In this document: in pieces, positions 1-13,350 of the stretch | Position numbering within the stretch: position 1 is the first letter of the stretch | Layout of the letters: each line of letters begins with the position of its first letter | From: Octopus bimaculoides | Taxonomy: Eukaryota | Assembly: GCF_001194135.2 (NCBI RefSeq) | Contig: NC_068993.1 | Span: forward strand, 743,229-807,228 | Reading direction: 5' to 3' | Length of the DNA stretch: 64,000 nucleotides | Position numbers and translations under genes: made by a program | The notes under the pieces: generated by a model | What the model saw: the letters and a program-made list of their open reading frames with translations, nothing else | Databases searched by the model: none | Told to the model about the DNA's origin: nothing

Positions 1-1854
1 ACCTGATATTTCTACAAACTTCTACAGGTTTTTGTGAACAGCAGTTATTGGTTCATCTCCTTTTCAAACTGAATCCTGGCTTTAATCCAAGCTGTTTGGT
101 TTGAGGCTATATGTCTACAGGATCTATTGATACAACAACTGGCAATGTTTGTTCATTCTGACTCTGCATTCAGTGACATTACACATTTTTACATCAATTA
201 CTTGCACCATTCATAAATTATTGATCTACCTTTATACCTGTTGAACTAAACATATTCTAATTACTAACGTGTTCTATGAGTTATTACTAGAATAGTTTAT
301 CAACTTGATTAACCTCATCTTCTGTACACCTGTCGTCACTGCTATTTTAATTAGTGTTAATTATTATCATTAACCAGTATATTTTAGTTGTGAGTCCCTG
401 TTGTCAACCCTTGTACCCTGCACCCTTCCCTGTCCATTATGGCACAATGATGTAATTATATATTTGTGGGCAGGTACCTCACTTAACACAATATTTCCAT
501 AATGGTGTTCTTATTACACTTTTCTAATGTCAACCACTTTTAGTATTTATTCCCCATTAATTCAAATATCACTTTATTTACTCTTTCCCTGCATTATAAC
601 CTTTTTTTTTGGTCTCTTCTATATACACCTTCATTCAATCCCCATTAACAGAAGTGATAAAAATGCAAAGTTTCAATGACGGATATTCATTTGTTTCATC
701 AACAAGTTTTTGCCATAAATTATCACATGAATGGCTGGGTATCTCTCAGGTCTACCCTTAACCGAATTCTCAGGTAGAATCAGTAGAACAAGGCTGGTCC
801 TTTATATTACAGGTCTATCCCATCTGATGGGTTTTGCCACAATTTCCCTCTATTCACTCGTAAAACTTGGGTCAACCAGTGGCATGGATAAAAGGACCCC
901 TAACCCCACCAGTTACCTTCTAGGATTAAACTTGGAGCCTAGTGATTGCAAAAGAAACTTCCTAACCATTTGGCTATGCTGTGTCCTCAGACCCATAGAT
1001 TATACTTACCTTTGCAATCTATTATCTTTTACCTGTTTCAGTCATTGGAGTGTGGCCATGCTATGATGCCACCTTGAAGGGTCTTTGTCAAATTGACCCC
1101 AGTACTTTTCTCTTTTTAAGTCTGGTACTTATTCTATTGGTCTCTTTTACTGAGCCACTAAGTTACAGGGACATAAACAAACCAGGGTTGGTTTGTCAAG
1201 TGATGGGGTGGGGGTGGACAAAGACCAGTGGACCCATACAACAGGTTTCCTCACATTTTCTGTCAACCAAATTCATTCATGAGGAATTGGTCAGCTCAGG
1301 ACTGTAGTAGCAGGTGTCCAAGGTGCCACTCATTGAGGCTGAACCCAGAAGCTCATGGTTGCAAAGTGAGATTGTTAACCACACAACCAGGCCTGCAGAT
1401 GCAAAATTATGCAAAGGCAACAACTTCATAAATACCTTAACTCGACATTGTCTTTTTAATCTAATTAATCCCCACTTAATCTAAATTCTTAATCTTTCTA
1501 CTTGCATGTAGCTGGTTAACTCCTTTATTCCAACCAAATTCTTTTTTTTTCTCCCAACAAATGGAACTAATGGTCTGGAGTCTTTCCATTTCTTTTTTTA
1601 TCATTCGATAATCTTTTTCCTTGTCCTTTCTCTAATCTTATTGGTATCCTTCTTGCTATTTTTGTTCCTCTCTAAGTATTCCTGGTTTTATTTTATTGAA
1701 ATTGAACATTGCAATTGGCGAATGACAGTGTCCTTGTAATTGGCAGATCTCAAGGCATAGGGGACTGTCTGAATCCAATGCAGAACAAATATCTCCAGCA
1801 ATTTCATTTGAAGTCCACCAGTTTTCTAGTTTTCTCACAGATTTTCAAAGAGCA

Positions 1855-2012
1855 TGGCTGTGTGTTTAAGAAGTATGTTTCCCAACCACATGATTTCAAG
1901 TTCAGTCTCACAACATGACACTTTGGCAAAGTGTCTCCTATAATCCTTGGGCCAGCCAGTCCCTTGTGAGTGGATTTGGTAGGTGGAAATTGAAAGAAGT
2001 CTGTTGTATACA
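1855..2012 (+). mobile_element. tRNA-derived CORE-like SINE, family A
   Basis: CCCAACCACATG..AGTTCAGTC...CCTTGTGAGTGGATTTGGTAGGTGGAAATTGAAAGAAG; shares sequence with 46941 and 60383. Confidence 0.7.
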
Positions 2013-2829
2013 TGTATATATTTGTAACGTATATGTGTGCATGGGTGGGTGTGTGTGTCTTCACATCACATGTTAGATGCAAACAAGTGTCATTGTCATT
2101 GAAATGTTGTCGTTCACTTCCAATCTTTTTTTTTGTAAAGATGACCAACCATGGGAAAATATGAGCTTACTTGGAAACGGGTGAAGTTTGTGAGAGGAAT
2201 GGCATCCAGCAATAGGAAATCTGCTTTGATAAATTTTGTCTGATTCGGGCAAGCATGGAAAAGTAGGCCTAAAAATGATGATGATGTGTGTGTGCGTTCA
2301 AAAATGTCTAAGGTGCAAATTGAAATAAGGAGTGAAAAACTGCAGTAAGGAAGACAGATTAACAGCTTCCACTTGACATTATTTCAATATTTTGGAGTTA
2401 AGACTCCATTTTCAAGAGAAATGGAGGCATGTTGCTGAGTTGGTGTCTTTTACTTAGATTCTAGTTTTGCTTCTTGATTTCAATTGTATTGATCACTTTG
2501 AAGATCACACAACTCAAACTACACACGTGTGTGTGTGTGTGGGTGTGTAAGCTCACAAAGCAGGAACAGAATGAAGATGTGTGCATTAATTTTTAATGTT
2601 TTCCTGAAGCACTTGCTGCAGGATTTTGTCTCTGAGAAAAAATTCTCTAGAGACATCAACTTCAAGTGTATAAAAACAACCCCATTGAGCCAAACTGCAA
2701 ACAATGTTGGCAGACAACCAGACATGGTGTTTTAGTGTGATTTTTACCTTCTCAGTAATAGAAACTGCATTGGTCATCTGGAACTAGGCCAAAGCTTTGT
2801 TCATAACAAATATATATATATATATATAT

Positions 2830-2982
2830 AAACACAGATGATGAGCTTCTTCCCAGTTTCCATTTACTGAATTCCACTGATACTCAAGGTTAGGGTTGAA
2901 GAATCACACCCAGCTGTTGTGCTGAGGAATTGAACCCAGAACCTTATGATTGACGAGTAAATGTGTTAACCACAGAGCCATG
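2830..2982 (-). mobile_element. SINE family A (degenerate)
   Basis: Reverse of the family A head (CATGGCTCTGTGGTTAA..GGTTCTGGGTTCAATTCC) and tail. Confidence 0.6.
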
Positions 2983-3749
2983 TAAAATATTTATGTACAT
3001 TCCTTGCTGTTCTCTGCGGACAATGCTTCAATCTCAAACCAACTTCTTGTCATCTCTAATAACTTTTTAGTTTTTTTTTTGTTTTTAGCTCATTAAATAT
3101 ATTTGGTGCTATTTGAACCTTTGCAGATTTGCTGCTGTAGACAACACAACTGTCTCTTTTACAGATCCCCTTTTCTATTCATACACCTTACACCCTTATA
3201 TCCTCCTCCATCCACACTCTCTGTAAAGTGCATCTCTCACCATATACCTCACCCCAATCCCACTTGTTAACTGTTTCAATAAATTCTTGTCCATTGATTT
3301 AACCATTAACTTTCTGTCACAATCCCCTCCCCCCACCCATCGTTATCACCATAATTAGTCTTCAAGTGATTGTGGCTAATTTATTAAAGAATAATTCTTA
3401 TTTATTAAGCAAGCTTTATGTAATTCCTCCATAGAACCATCAAAACTGCCTGCCACTCCCTCGTCAGTCTTATCTTCTAATTCATTCTAATTAGGTCGAC
3501 CACTTTTCATTTACTTTTTGGAGGGAGTGGGGTGGGGTGGGGATGAACACTTTGTCCTCTCTCTTTATCTCACCTTTTACCATTTCTGTCTCTATGTTCG
3601 TTAAATTGATGAGATAAAGAGTGGACAGGCGATGTTGTTACTCATTTAGGAGAAACATCTGACCCCTAATTGCATTTAACAGGGGCTTCATCTTTGAGGA
3701 TCTCTCCTTATGTCATTTGTGGCTTTGTCAACAACTGGTGGAACCCTAA

Positions 3750-4540
3750 AATATTGTAAGCCATTGGAGAAAGGCAAGGCATGACATTTTTTAGGGCCTC
3801 AAAAACGGGAGAGAGGGGGAGAGGGGCAGTAGACCTGACTTGGGTGCTTGCAAGGATGTAAACCCTACTAAAGGTGCCTAGAGTGTGTTGAGGGATGATG
3901 TTAAACTGGTCCAAGGATTGTCTATCACCCAAGGAGGACACAGTGGGATTTGAACTCAAAATGCACAGGCTCAGAACAAACGTCCCTGAATAACCTGTCT
4001 GATACTCTACACCAATTCTGCCAACCCACAGTCCCATTGTTGGTTTTTTTTATTTGATTGACCCTCAAAGGATGTAGGTAGGATTTGAACTTAGAATGCA
4101 AGGGGCTGGAATAAATACTGCAAAGAATTATTTCATACACCACTCTAACAATTCTGTCAATTCTTGTGGGCACAAGGCCTGAAATTTTGAAGGGAAGGGA
4201 TAAGTTGATTACATCAACTTCAGTGTTCCACTGGTAATTATTTCATTGACCCTCCCCCTCCTCAGTGGAATTTGAAGAAATGCTCCCAAGTATTTCGTCT
4301 GGTATGGCTAGGATTCTGCCAGCTCGTTACCTTAATGATAATAATAAGTTTCAAGTTTAGGGACAAGGTCAGTAATTGTTGAGGGGGAAAGGGTTAGTTG
4401 ATTATTTTGACCCAGTATTTGACTCCTACTTTTTGTCTTAGTCAAAAATGAAAAGCAAAGTTGACCTTGGTAGGATTTGAACTCAAAATGTAATGAACCG
4501 GAAGAAATGCTCTGAAGCATTTTGTCTGATGCTCGAACGA
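3750..4540 (-). mobile_element. Cluster of 3-4 head-to-tail tRNA-derived SINEs, family B
   Basis: Repeated GGATTTGAACTC (reverse B-box) near 3947, 4081 and 4473 plus a partial match near 4267; GATTCTGCCAGCTCG head at 4312-4326. Confidence 0.7.
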
Positions 4541-5379
4541 TTCTCTCTCTCTTTTTTTTTTTTCTTCCCTGAAGAAATTCACTCGTACGTCGGTTTATGT
4601 CTTCTACTTGGAAAAGAATAAAAATTGATTATCAGAAATCTGTTCCAAGTTGAAGAAATATTTTAGAAGTGTTAAATATGTCTAGCTGCATGTCAATTTA
4701 AGAGGAATTTTCTGCTTAGAGAATCAGAGAGTGGCACTGAATCACTTTTATTTATATTTTTAGAAACGCAGCAACATTAAGCTTGATTAACACTAAACTG
4801 AAAGACTATTTTTGAATGATTCAGTAGAGAAACCGATGCTGTAAGTATCTACTTTGAGAAGAGCTTCTGCCAATTTGTTTTGGTCTTCGACACACTTCAC
4901 AAAGAAGTGCTCAAATGACCTAAAAATGAAAGGTTTAAGGGCCAAGCCAAGTGGCACTCATAATGTTTTGTACTCAGAAAATCTCTTGTATTTAAAAATT
5001 CTTCCAGAATTATTGAAGCAGTTTTGGCTTTGTTTTGCTCTGTTTCCTTGTACAAGCATTTAATGATATTGACAGAATATATTCTTACAAATTCTTTAAT
5101 CTCATACAAAAAGTGTTTTCTTCTTTATTACTAATCATTTTTTTTTTATTAACAATATCTGATTTAGTTCTGGAATATTTTAAATAGTCTTTTTGTCAAA
5201 TTTATTATGAACATAATAACATGTGGAGAGCAAATATTACAAGACATTTTCCGGACGTTCAAATGATTTTGCCAGTCTGTTGTCGTCATTATCATCATAG
5301 TGATAATAATAATAATAATGCCAGTGGTCCGACCCATGCCAGCATGGAAAACATGTTAAATGATGATGAATAATTGTAG

Positions 5380-5600
5380 TAACTGCTTTCAATTTAGGTA
5401 CAAGGCCAGCAATTTCTGAGGAGAGGGGATTTGCCATTTACATCAATCTCAGTACTTGATTAATATTTTATTTCATCAACCCCAGAAGATGAGACACAAA
5501 ATTGACATCAAAAGGATTTGAACTCAGAATGTAAAAAACCAGGAAAAATTACCATAAAGTATTTTTTTTTTCAATACACTAACAATTTTGTCAGTCCACA
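5380..5600 (-). mobile_element. SINE family B
   Basis: CAAGGCCAGCAATTT...TACATCAA..CAGTACTTG...GGATTTGAACTCAGAATG. Confidence 0.65.
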
Positions 5601-8159
5601 ACACTGATGATAATAATAATAATAATATAGAAGGCATTAATTTTAGATTAGCTCTGAAGGTGTTTACTGCTGGATGTCTGATTTTTCTCTGCTGTATTAC
5701 ACTTGATCCAAGATCATCCGATGATAATCTATTAAAAGTATTTCCAGTTGTTGCAAGGCAGTCATTGAAAGAAGAACCTGCTTGGAAACCAGCTTGTCTT
5801 GTCTGTCAGTATTTAAATTGTACAGCTGAAGTATTTACTACAATATCCTTCTTTCCAATTAGTCATGACCATAGGGTTGTTTTATTGGTTCCATTAATCA
5901 ATGATTCGTTCTATTATAATACAATTGCTTACCGATTCAATCATCATCATCATCAAAGTCCACTTCTCCAAGGGCTGGACAAGTTTTACAAAATTACCTT
6001 TGCTTTGCTTTGTCTGTATCGTTTACTAATGTAAAATATAATGAGTTTCCAGCTGCTGACTCGGCATCTCTGGAGATGCATAGCGTGCAGAAAGCATCGG
6101 ACATAGAGAAATATCATAAAAGACACAGTCACCTTTCATTAACCACCTAGAAACAGTAACCAGAGCAAAATGGGGAAGCCATCTTCTACAGAAAGACCAA
6201 TAAAGCTGGTATCTAGGAGACAAACAACAACAGGTACGATGCTGCATTCTGGTTTCGAGGCTATGCTATCGATGTAAACTAACAGGATACAACGTGTGAT
6301 AAATATATTTATTGATAGAGAGACAAACAAGAATGATTTAATAGTTGCCTAACGAATAAATGAGGCAGGATTCTGTGTGATTACACAACCTGCGAAAGTA
6401 GCAACCAAAATGTCCTCAAATCACAATCCTATTGAAGTCCAAGTGTTTGGCCACAGCTCAACTGTATTTGATACATGGATATATTAGATGCTCCTCCATT
6501 TCTGCTGTTCAGGAAAAAAGAAAAAGAAAAGATTCTTAGTGCATTAAATCAGGTAAATAGAGGCTCAGCATTGCATTTAGGACTGGGGTGATTTTTTTCC
6601 TTTTTTTTTTTCTTGAAATATATTTTTGGGGGAAAAAAGTGCATCCCACATGCCATAGAATATGGTAGCTATGATCATGGTTCTTCTCAATCACGACTGA
6701 CCTAGGGTTAAACAACAACTACTACAACACAGTTAAGTGAATGGAAATATCAAGGAAACATTTGGAACTGGAGGGTTAAATGTAGAAATGAGTAAACTGG
6801 AAACTAAAGTCCCTTTTTTTTTTTTATTGATATGCCACTCGGCCATATTAAGTTAATATGGCAATCCCTTAACTTCACATTATGGTCCATTAGTGTCTAG
6901 AATGGCAGTCTTGTTGAGTTATTCACTACCTACAAACAAGTATGGTTTGGTAACCTGTACCATGCTTTCACTAATTGTGTTCGGTGCCTGTGGAATCATG
7001 AGCAGACATAGTCACCCTCTCAAATCTCCCACTCTTTGACCTAGCAGCACATCAATGATGTTAAAATTGAAGAGAGACAGAGCTACACCAACATTCAGCT
7101 GAGTCAACTGAAGCAATGTGAAGTGCCTTTCCTAAGGACATAACATGCCACCTGGTTCAGGAATTGAACACATGACATTATGATTTTGAACTGAACACTC
7201 TTACCATCAAGCCACACCAGAAGCTTAACCCTGAAATGAATATAATCACAAGAATCCAATGCATTTTGGGGAAATGGCTTCAAAAAGCTGCTGACCATCT
7301 TCAGTTGGTTTGGGAATGAGGTTTCACATGGAACTGAATAGCCAAGAAACTCCTTAATCTGAAATTATCTGATGCCCTTCAGAAGCCTACTTGTCTCTCT
7401 GCAGAACCATTGCCTACAACTTGGAGCAGGCATTAAGATGAATTTGAAGTGTAAGTTCAATCCCTGAACATTCTGTTTCTAGGATCAGGGCTTCTTAAGA
7501 TGAAAAGATTTTAGTCCTAAACCTTTGTTTCTGGATTTGTTCCTTGGGTGAGACCTTGTTAAGAAATGGTTCCCTCTGGTAGGATTCTTTTGTGACAGGG
7601 AATTGTTGATTAACAATATGTAGTTTTTTATCTTTTTGTATTTGACTGATTTCCTGAGCTTATCATATCTAGAACAACATCGTCAATGCTGTCAAGGTCA
7701 GTGATCAGTGATGTAATTAAAGCCATTACTTAGGCAGGCAGCCTACTGGAAAATACATGAATAATAATAATGTTCACTTGGATGCATTCTTAATGAATAC
7801 CATTTCTGGTCTTCTTTTTTCCCCCCTCTTCCCCCCCCCCTCCAATATATGTTTAATGAATTATTGGAAACACTTTCAGTGTGAAAGTGTATAGCTTATT
7901 AATTACTTTTGTAATTACACAGCCAACGATGACGATAGAAACATTGCAATAACTACCTTTTTTCACGGGACATTTTCAGAAAATACCTCTGAATTTTCTC
8001 TCTGCAGTCTACTTACTCCAGTACAATATAATGTCACCACCACCATCACCCTGCCATGTTTTGTACCTAAAAACCAGTAATTTATCCTCCCCCACTTTTG
8101 ACTTTGATGTTTTGTATTAAATTTCTTGCATTATATACACTATTTAACATTCTGTAGAT

Positions 8160-8350
8160 CATCATCACCATCATCATCATTTTGATGTCCACTTTTCCAT
8201 GTTTGTTTGGGTCGGGCAGAATTTATATAATGCGTGTTTATGAAGTTGGATAAATATTGTTGCTGTTTTAGCCCTGAGTCAGACTTTATCCAGCAGACAA
8301 ACCTATGATCAAAAGCATTCTGTAGTGACCAGCCTGCTTTTTTATAAAAC
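8160..8350 (-). mobile_element. RTE-type 3'-end fragment
   Basis: (CAT)n followed by TTTTGATGTCCACTTTTCCATG, the reverse of the RTE tail. Confidence 0.55.
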
Positions 8351-9449
8351 ATCTGTTTTTTAGACAAAGTATCTAGGACCATGTTATCCTGTGTCCTTTC
8401 TTAAAATGTTAGGGTATGATTGGAAGGTGATTTAGCTGCTATAACCAGCAATTTGAATGGTCATATAGGAACTCTGTTGTTCATAAGGTTTTGTGGATGT
8501 GATTTTTATAAATACTGATGCTATAGAAAGATTTTTCTCCATAAACAGTTTACTGTTGCTTCAATTCTGGAATATTTTTTTTAACCCCAGGCCTGTGTTG
8601 GTCAGGCAAACCTACCAGTGACAATCCTATTTCCTATTCAGGCATAATATATCTAGGAGTGCATTATTTAATGTATCCACAATCTCTTGCCTGGTTTAAC
8701 ACCTTCAGTGTCTTTTGCGGGGTCCATTCTGTTTTATATATTAGGGTCAGGTATTTGGTTTGGCAGTACCCTCCTCCATTCAGTCTTGGACATCTTGGAA
8801 AGTGAAGAAGAAAAAAGGGTGTGATTTAGGGGAGATTTAGCTTCTATTTCTAGCAGCTCTCGTGTCCACTTAGAAATGGTTCCCATGTTGGCCGTTTCCA
8901 TTGAACATTGGGAACCAGTTATGACCTTGAAAATTTTCTGTCAAAACACAATTTCACTTTGTTAAATACCTGTTATTTTCTTCAGCCTTAGATTTGTCTG
9001 CTTTACACCATCTCATCTGTTTGCAGACCCACCATCCTCACATTCATTTCTTCCCATATTCTTTGCTCTTCTTCACCCATTATATCATCAATTGATAGTA
9101 CCTGATACAGTACTTATTGACTGTCCATCCCAGAGAAGTCGTCTCTCTTCCATTCATACTTTAACCCTATCTCAGTTGGTGCTCCATACAATATTACACT
9201 TCCAAAAGATCACTCTTCTTATTTTACAAATATTTCCCATTTAATGCCTGTGTCTTCTGCAATACTTCCATGATGACCTTGTGAGTGAATTTGGTAAATG
9301 GAAACTAAAAGAAGCTTTGTGTGTGTATGTGTGTTTTTCCTTGTTTTGGCATCACGTGATAGTTGTAAACTGTCATTCAAGCAATATCATTCATTTCCTA
9401 TCTTTCATGAAAATGTCTGGTCAAAGGGAAAATCTTACCTGGAACCTAG

Positions 9450-9560
9450 TGAAGGTTGATGACAAGAAGGGCATCCAGCCGTACAAAAACCTGCCTGGTG
9501 GAATTTACCTGACTCATGCAAGCATATGAAAGTGGATATTGAAATAATGACTTCAAATCT
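9450..9560 (+). mobile_element. RTE 3'-end fragment
   Basis: AAGAAGGGCATCCAGCCGTACAAAAAC...CATGCAAGCATATGAAAGTGGATATTGAAA. Confidence 0.65.
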
Positions 9561-9578
9561 TCCCTGTCATGTGATATC

Positions 9579-9596
9579 CACACACACACACACACA

Positions 9597-9688
<92 letters not shown>

Positions 9689-9690
9689 CA
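9579..9690. repeat. (CA)n followed by (CGCA)~23 microsatellite
   Basis: Read directly. Confidence 0.95.
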
Positions 9691-9699
9691 GAGGCCTTA

Positions 9700-9903
9700 A
9701 GATAGCAAAAACTGGCAGAATCTTTAGCACACTGGATAAAATGCTTAACAGCATTTCTTCCATTTTTATGTCTTGAGTTCAAATTGCACCAAGGTTGACT
9801 TTCATCTTTTTGGGGTTGGGGGAACGAGTACCTGTTGAGTATTGGTGTCGATGTAATCAACTAGTTCCCTCCCCCAAAATTTCCGGCCTTGCACCTATAG
9901 TGG
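9700..9903 (+). mobile_element. SINE family B, near full length
   Basis: CTGGCAGAATC.TTAGCAC..GGATAAAATGCTTA...GAGTTCAAATT..ACCAAGGTTGACTT...GTCGATGTAATCAACT...CCCCAAAATTTCCGGCCTTG. Confidence 0.8.
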
Positions 9904-9913
9904 GATATACACG

Positions 9914-10076
9914 GTGGGCTTCTTTCAGTTTCCATCTACCAAATCCAATGAAAAGGCCTCGGTAGGCCTTTCGACACTTGTATAGTAGAAGACACTTGTG
10001 CTTAGTGGCACACAGTGAGACTGAACTGGGAGCTATGTGGTTGGGAAACAGACATCTTACCACACAGCCACACCTC
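9914..10076 (-). mobile_element. SINE family A
   Basis: GGGCTTCTTTCAGTTTCCATCTACCAAATCC...TATAGTAGAAGACACTTG...ATGTGGTTGGGAA. Confidence 0.75.
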
Positions 10077-11490
10077 TGACTGTACATCTTTAATAAAGAG
10101 TTGTATTTTTTTTTTTCATTAAAAATTATTGAAAATCTGTATTCAATGTGAACACCCAGCCCCCTACTCAAATCTATTGATTAGCTGGGTTTGGACTTGT
10201 TGAGTTCATTAAGGCTGATTATTTGTGGTTTTAAGAAGGATTTTTATCGCTAAAGCATGAACTTCAATTGAGGAGAGAACTTGAAGAAAAAGTTGAGAAA
10301 TTTTGGAGCTTTGCTAAAGTTCTGATCAAGTTTAGAGATAAATAAGGCCTTTTTGATGAAATCACCATTTGTTATACCCTGTTAATTAATATTGATTAAT
10401 TATCGATCCCAGCAGTGCCACCTTTACCGTTCAGCTTTTAGTAGAAGTGGATGTGTGAAGAAATACAGTTCTAGTCAAATATTGGGATTGATTTTAACTG
10501 AGACCCCACCCCAACAAAATTTTGTTTTTTGTTGGGGAGGATAATGTGTTTTGTGTAGATTCTCAGTTTGATTGTGATCCAGGTCAGTTTATATCTCATC
10601 TTTCCATGGGGTGATGAGTTAAATACTGCAGTTGATATATTTGACTGTTTCTTTACTCACCATCACCACTGCCGCTGCCACCACCACCACCACATACCTA
10701 TGTTAGAAATCAATATTTAATATTGGTTTGGTTTTTGTTTTAGAAAGATATGCAAGCACCATTGTTGCAGCTACTACCATTCTTCACCAAACCTATCTGT
10801 AAGTCAGTTTTGATTCCCTGTTGGAACTGTCTCTCGGACATAAACAAATCCTTGGAGGAGGCAGCAATGTTATTTCCATTGCCGTTCTCTTTGAAATGAA
10901 ATGCTTCAAGCTTCTACGCATGCATATGCACACATGGGCGTGTGTGTACATTTATATATGATTACACACACATTGCATATATAGCAATGATCATGATCTC
11001 TGTTATATTATACCTCTTCTCAGTTTTCAGTCCCCTATTCCACCCCCATCTACCCCAATGTTATATTTATACCATTTCAGCAAATCTTTTTCATTCAGTT
11101 TTCAATCTTTTTACTTTTTCTATTCCTTCTTTTATGACAATTGGTGCCACAGGCATAAAACTATCCACCACAACCATCTATATTACACTAAACTATGGTC
11201 ATCCTTCACCCTGTACTTGTGTACTTTAAAGTTCATTGAGGATTTATTTTATTGTAATCTTATTTTAATAATTCTCATTTTACTTTTCTTACGATTCCAC
11301 ATTTTATTTTATAGATTCATTGGTATCTCTCCAGAATATAGGTAAGGAATCTTATTTTTACCATGAATAGGTGAAATGTTGATTTTAATAAATTCTTTAA
11401 TTAACCACTAATATCATTGTAAGATAAATATTAGCATATTAAGGAAACTTTAGAAATGTGATAAAAATGAACTATTATTGTCAATATTCG

Positions 11491-11556
11491 GTGACATCAT
11501 TTCCTTTCCAGGTGTAAACTGTGACATCATTTACTTTCCAGGTGTAAACTGTGACA
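11491..11556. repeat. 30-bp tandem duplication (2.2 copies)
   Basis: GTGACATCATTT(C/A)CTTTCCAGGTGTAAACT twice, then GTGACA. Confidence 0.9.
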
Positions 11557-12109
11557 GTTTTTACTGTTAAAGCTTCAAAATCCTTTCTTTGGTCTTTTCT
11601 TCTTTCTGAAGATTTTTGGTGGAGAGGAGAGAGGGAAGGAGTGTGTGTGAGTAGAAACTGGAAAACAAAAAAAGATATTTAAAGTATGAGGAGCTTCCAT
11701 TTTCCCTCCTAAAATTTAATTTGGAACAAAATTGCTAATTAGAAATGAATATATTTGAATGTTGAATTTTTTTCAATTTTTTGTTTTTATCTTTTTTTTT
11801 TGTCCCCCTCCAATTCTCTTGTCTTCTGTACTTTGAAAATATGGAAAAAAGAATTAGAATTAGATATTATTTGTTGATGATGATGATACAGCTGTACCAA
11901 ATACTTTACTGTAACAAAAACAAAAAAACAGTTATGTCACTGTAGCCTGCCAGATGGAATATTGAAGCTGAGTTTCAAGGGAAAAGTTTTCGATCTTTTT
12001 AGGAGGAAAAATTTCAAAGTGTAAACGAGATGTGGGATTTAGGTAAAATATGGTAACATTTCTAGAAAGTATTGTTTATTATGAGGTGTTCAATAGAATT
12101 TATAGTGTG

Positions 12110-12600
12110 AATCACACACACACATTGCAGAAGAATGTCAGACAATCACAGATGCAAGGGAGGTATTTATATGAAAAACTGCAGATATGATTTACATAAT
12201 GGAAGCAGGTCTTGTCTTTACAGCTGTTTCAAATAACCAGTGAATGGTTGATAATTCAAGCAGATGCAATACTGAGGCAATATTAATCATAAACATAAAA
12301 TCTAAGATAGTATCAACTAGCATGATTCTTGATGTCTGAATACTTTCATGTGTCAAATTCAAGATATTTTCTCCAGAAGATTAAGAGGATGTGCATCTCT
12401 ATAGATATGTCTGCTGTGTTGTTTGGTTAGACTTGGTGTCATGATATCACCATTTAGCACCTATGTTCCCTGGCTTGAATGGTTTAACGAGATCTGATGG
12501 ACCCAGTCTATATATGGTTTAGTTTCTCCTGTCATTATTGCCATCATATCTAGTGTTATTGTTTGGCTACATTGTCATTGAATATATAGATTTGATGTGG
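12110..12600 (-). mobile_element. Penelope-like element remnant (GIY-YIG fragment plus terminal repeat with decayed hammerhead)
   Basis: Reverse strand gives TSNLYIQ*QC ... TGETKP...VHQ (GIY-YIG-like xGET motif), followed ~250 nt later by GAAAC-AGCT-GTA at 12219-12230. Confidence 0.5.
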
Positions 12601-12699
12601 TTGTCATTACATATCTGTTTTCCTAAACCTACATAAATCAGGTGGATTTCACTTGTTCTGTTGCACTTGTTACTGTCTCCTGTTATTTCCTTGAAACAT

Positions 12700-13350
12700 T
12701 AGTCTGTTGCTTCCTATGAACTCCTTGGTTTTTTTCTTCTACAGTTTCCTTCCACATGAATCACTTGACACTTCTTCACTGTCATCTTTCATCCTCTCTT
12801 GCATGTTACATCTGATTCCTCTTACAGTTTTTCTCTCTCGGCTATTTTGAATTCTGTTATTCCTGCACACTAAACATCGTTCATCCAGTGAAGCATGCTT
12901 ACCTCCCAGTTGTCACACTTCTACCACATTCAAGGCTTGTGTTTCACTACCATGTAGCACTGCACTTTGTACACCTATATCATACAATCTGACCTTCATT
13001 TTGAGAGAGGTTAACAGCTTCCCCCAATTTTTTCACCATTACTTCTTGCTCTGGTTACTATGCTCTCAGAATGCCCACTTCTTCTCTTAATTTGGTCACC
13101 CAAGGAATGTTATATCCATCAACTGCTTCCAAGCATTTAGACACCTTTATTTTGCTGGTGTTCTCTTTGTTAACAACTCTTGTGTGTCTGCTCCATCTGG
13201 TGTCTTCCTTCTCTGCCTGCTACAGATCTCACCTTCTTTTCACTCTCCACAATTCACATTGACTGCACTTGTTGGAATTCTTACTTTTCTTCTCTTGTAG
13301 TTTGACCATGACCACATTCTGACTATAAAGTCCTGTCTTCTATTTTGTTT
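12700..13350 (-). mobile_element. Degenerate RTE LINE RT/post-RT fragment
   Basis: Reverse strand reads SLKMKVRLYDIGVQSAVLHGSETQALNV (RTE motif LY...S..L.GSETW); many stops; ends approximate. Confidence 0.65.

Noticed and set aside
7405-7450. 46-nt exon candidate (CTCTCTGCAG...GTAAGT)
   Set aside because: Plausible splice sites but no homology or other support; could be a 5' UTR exon and needs RNA data.
9446-9860. ORFs with VRAC repeats
   Set aside because: Translation of the (CGCA)n microsatellite.
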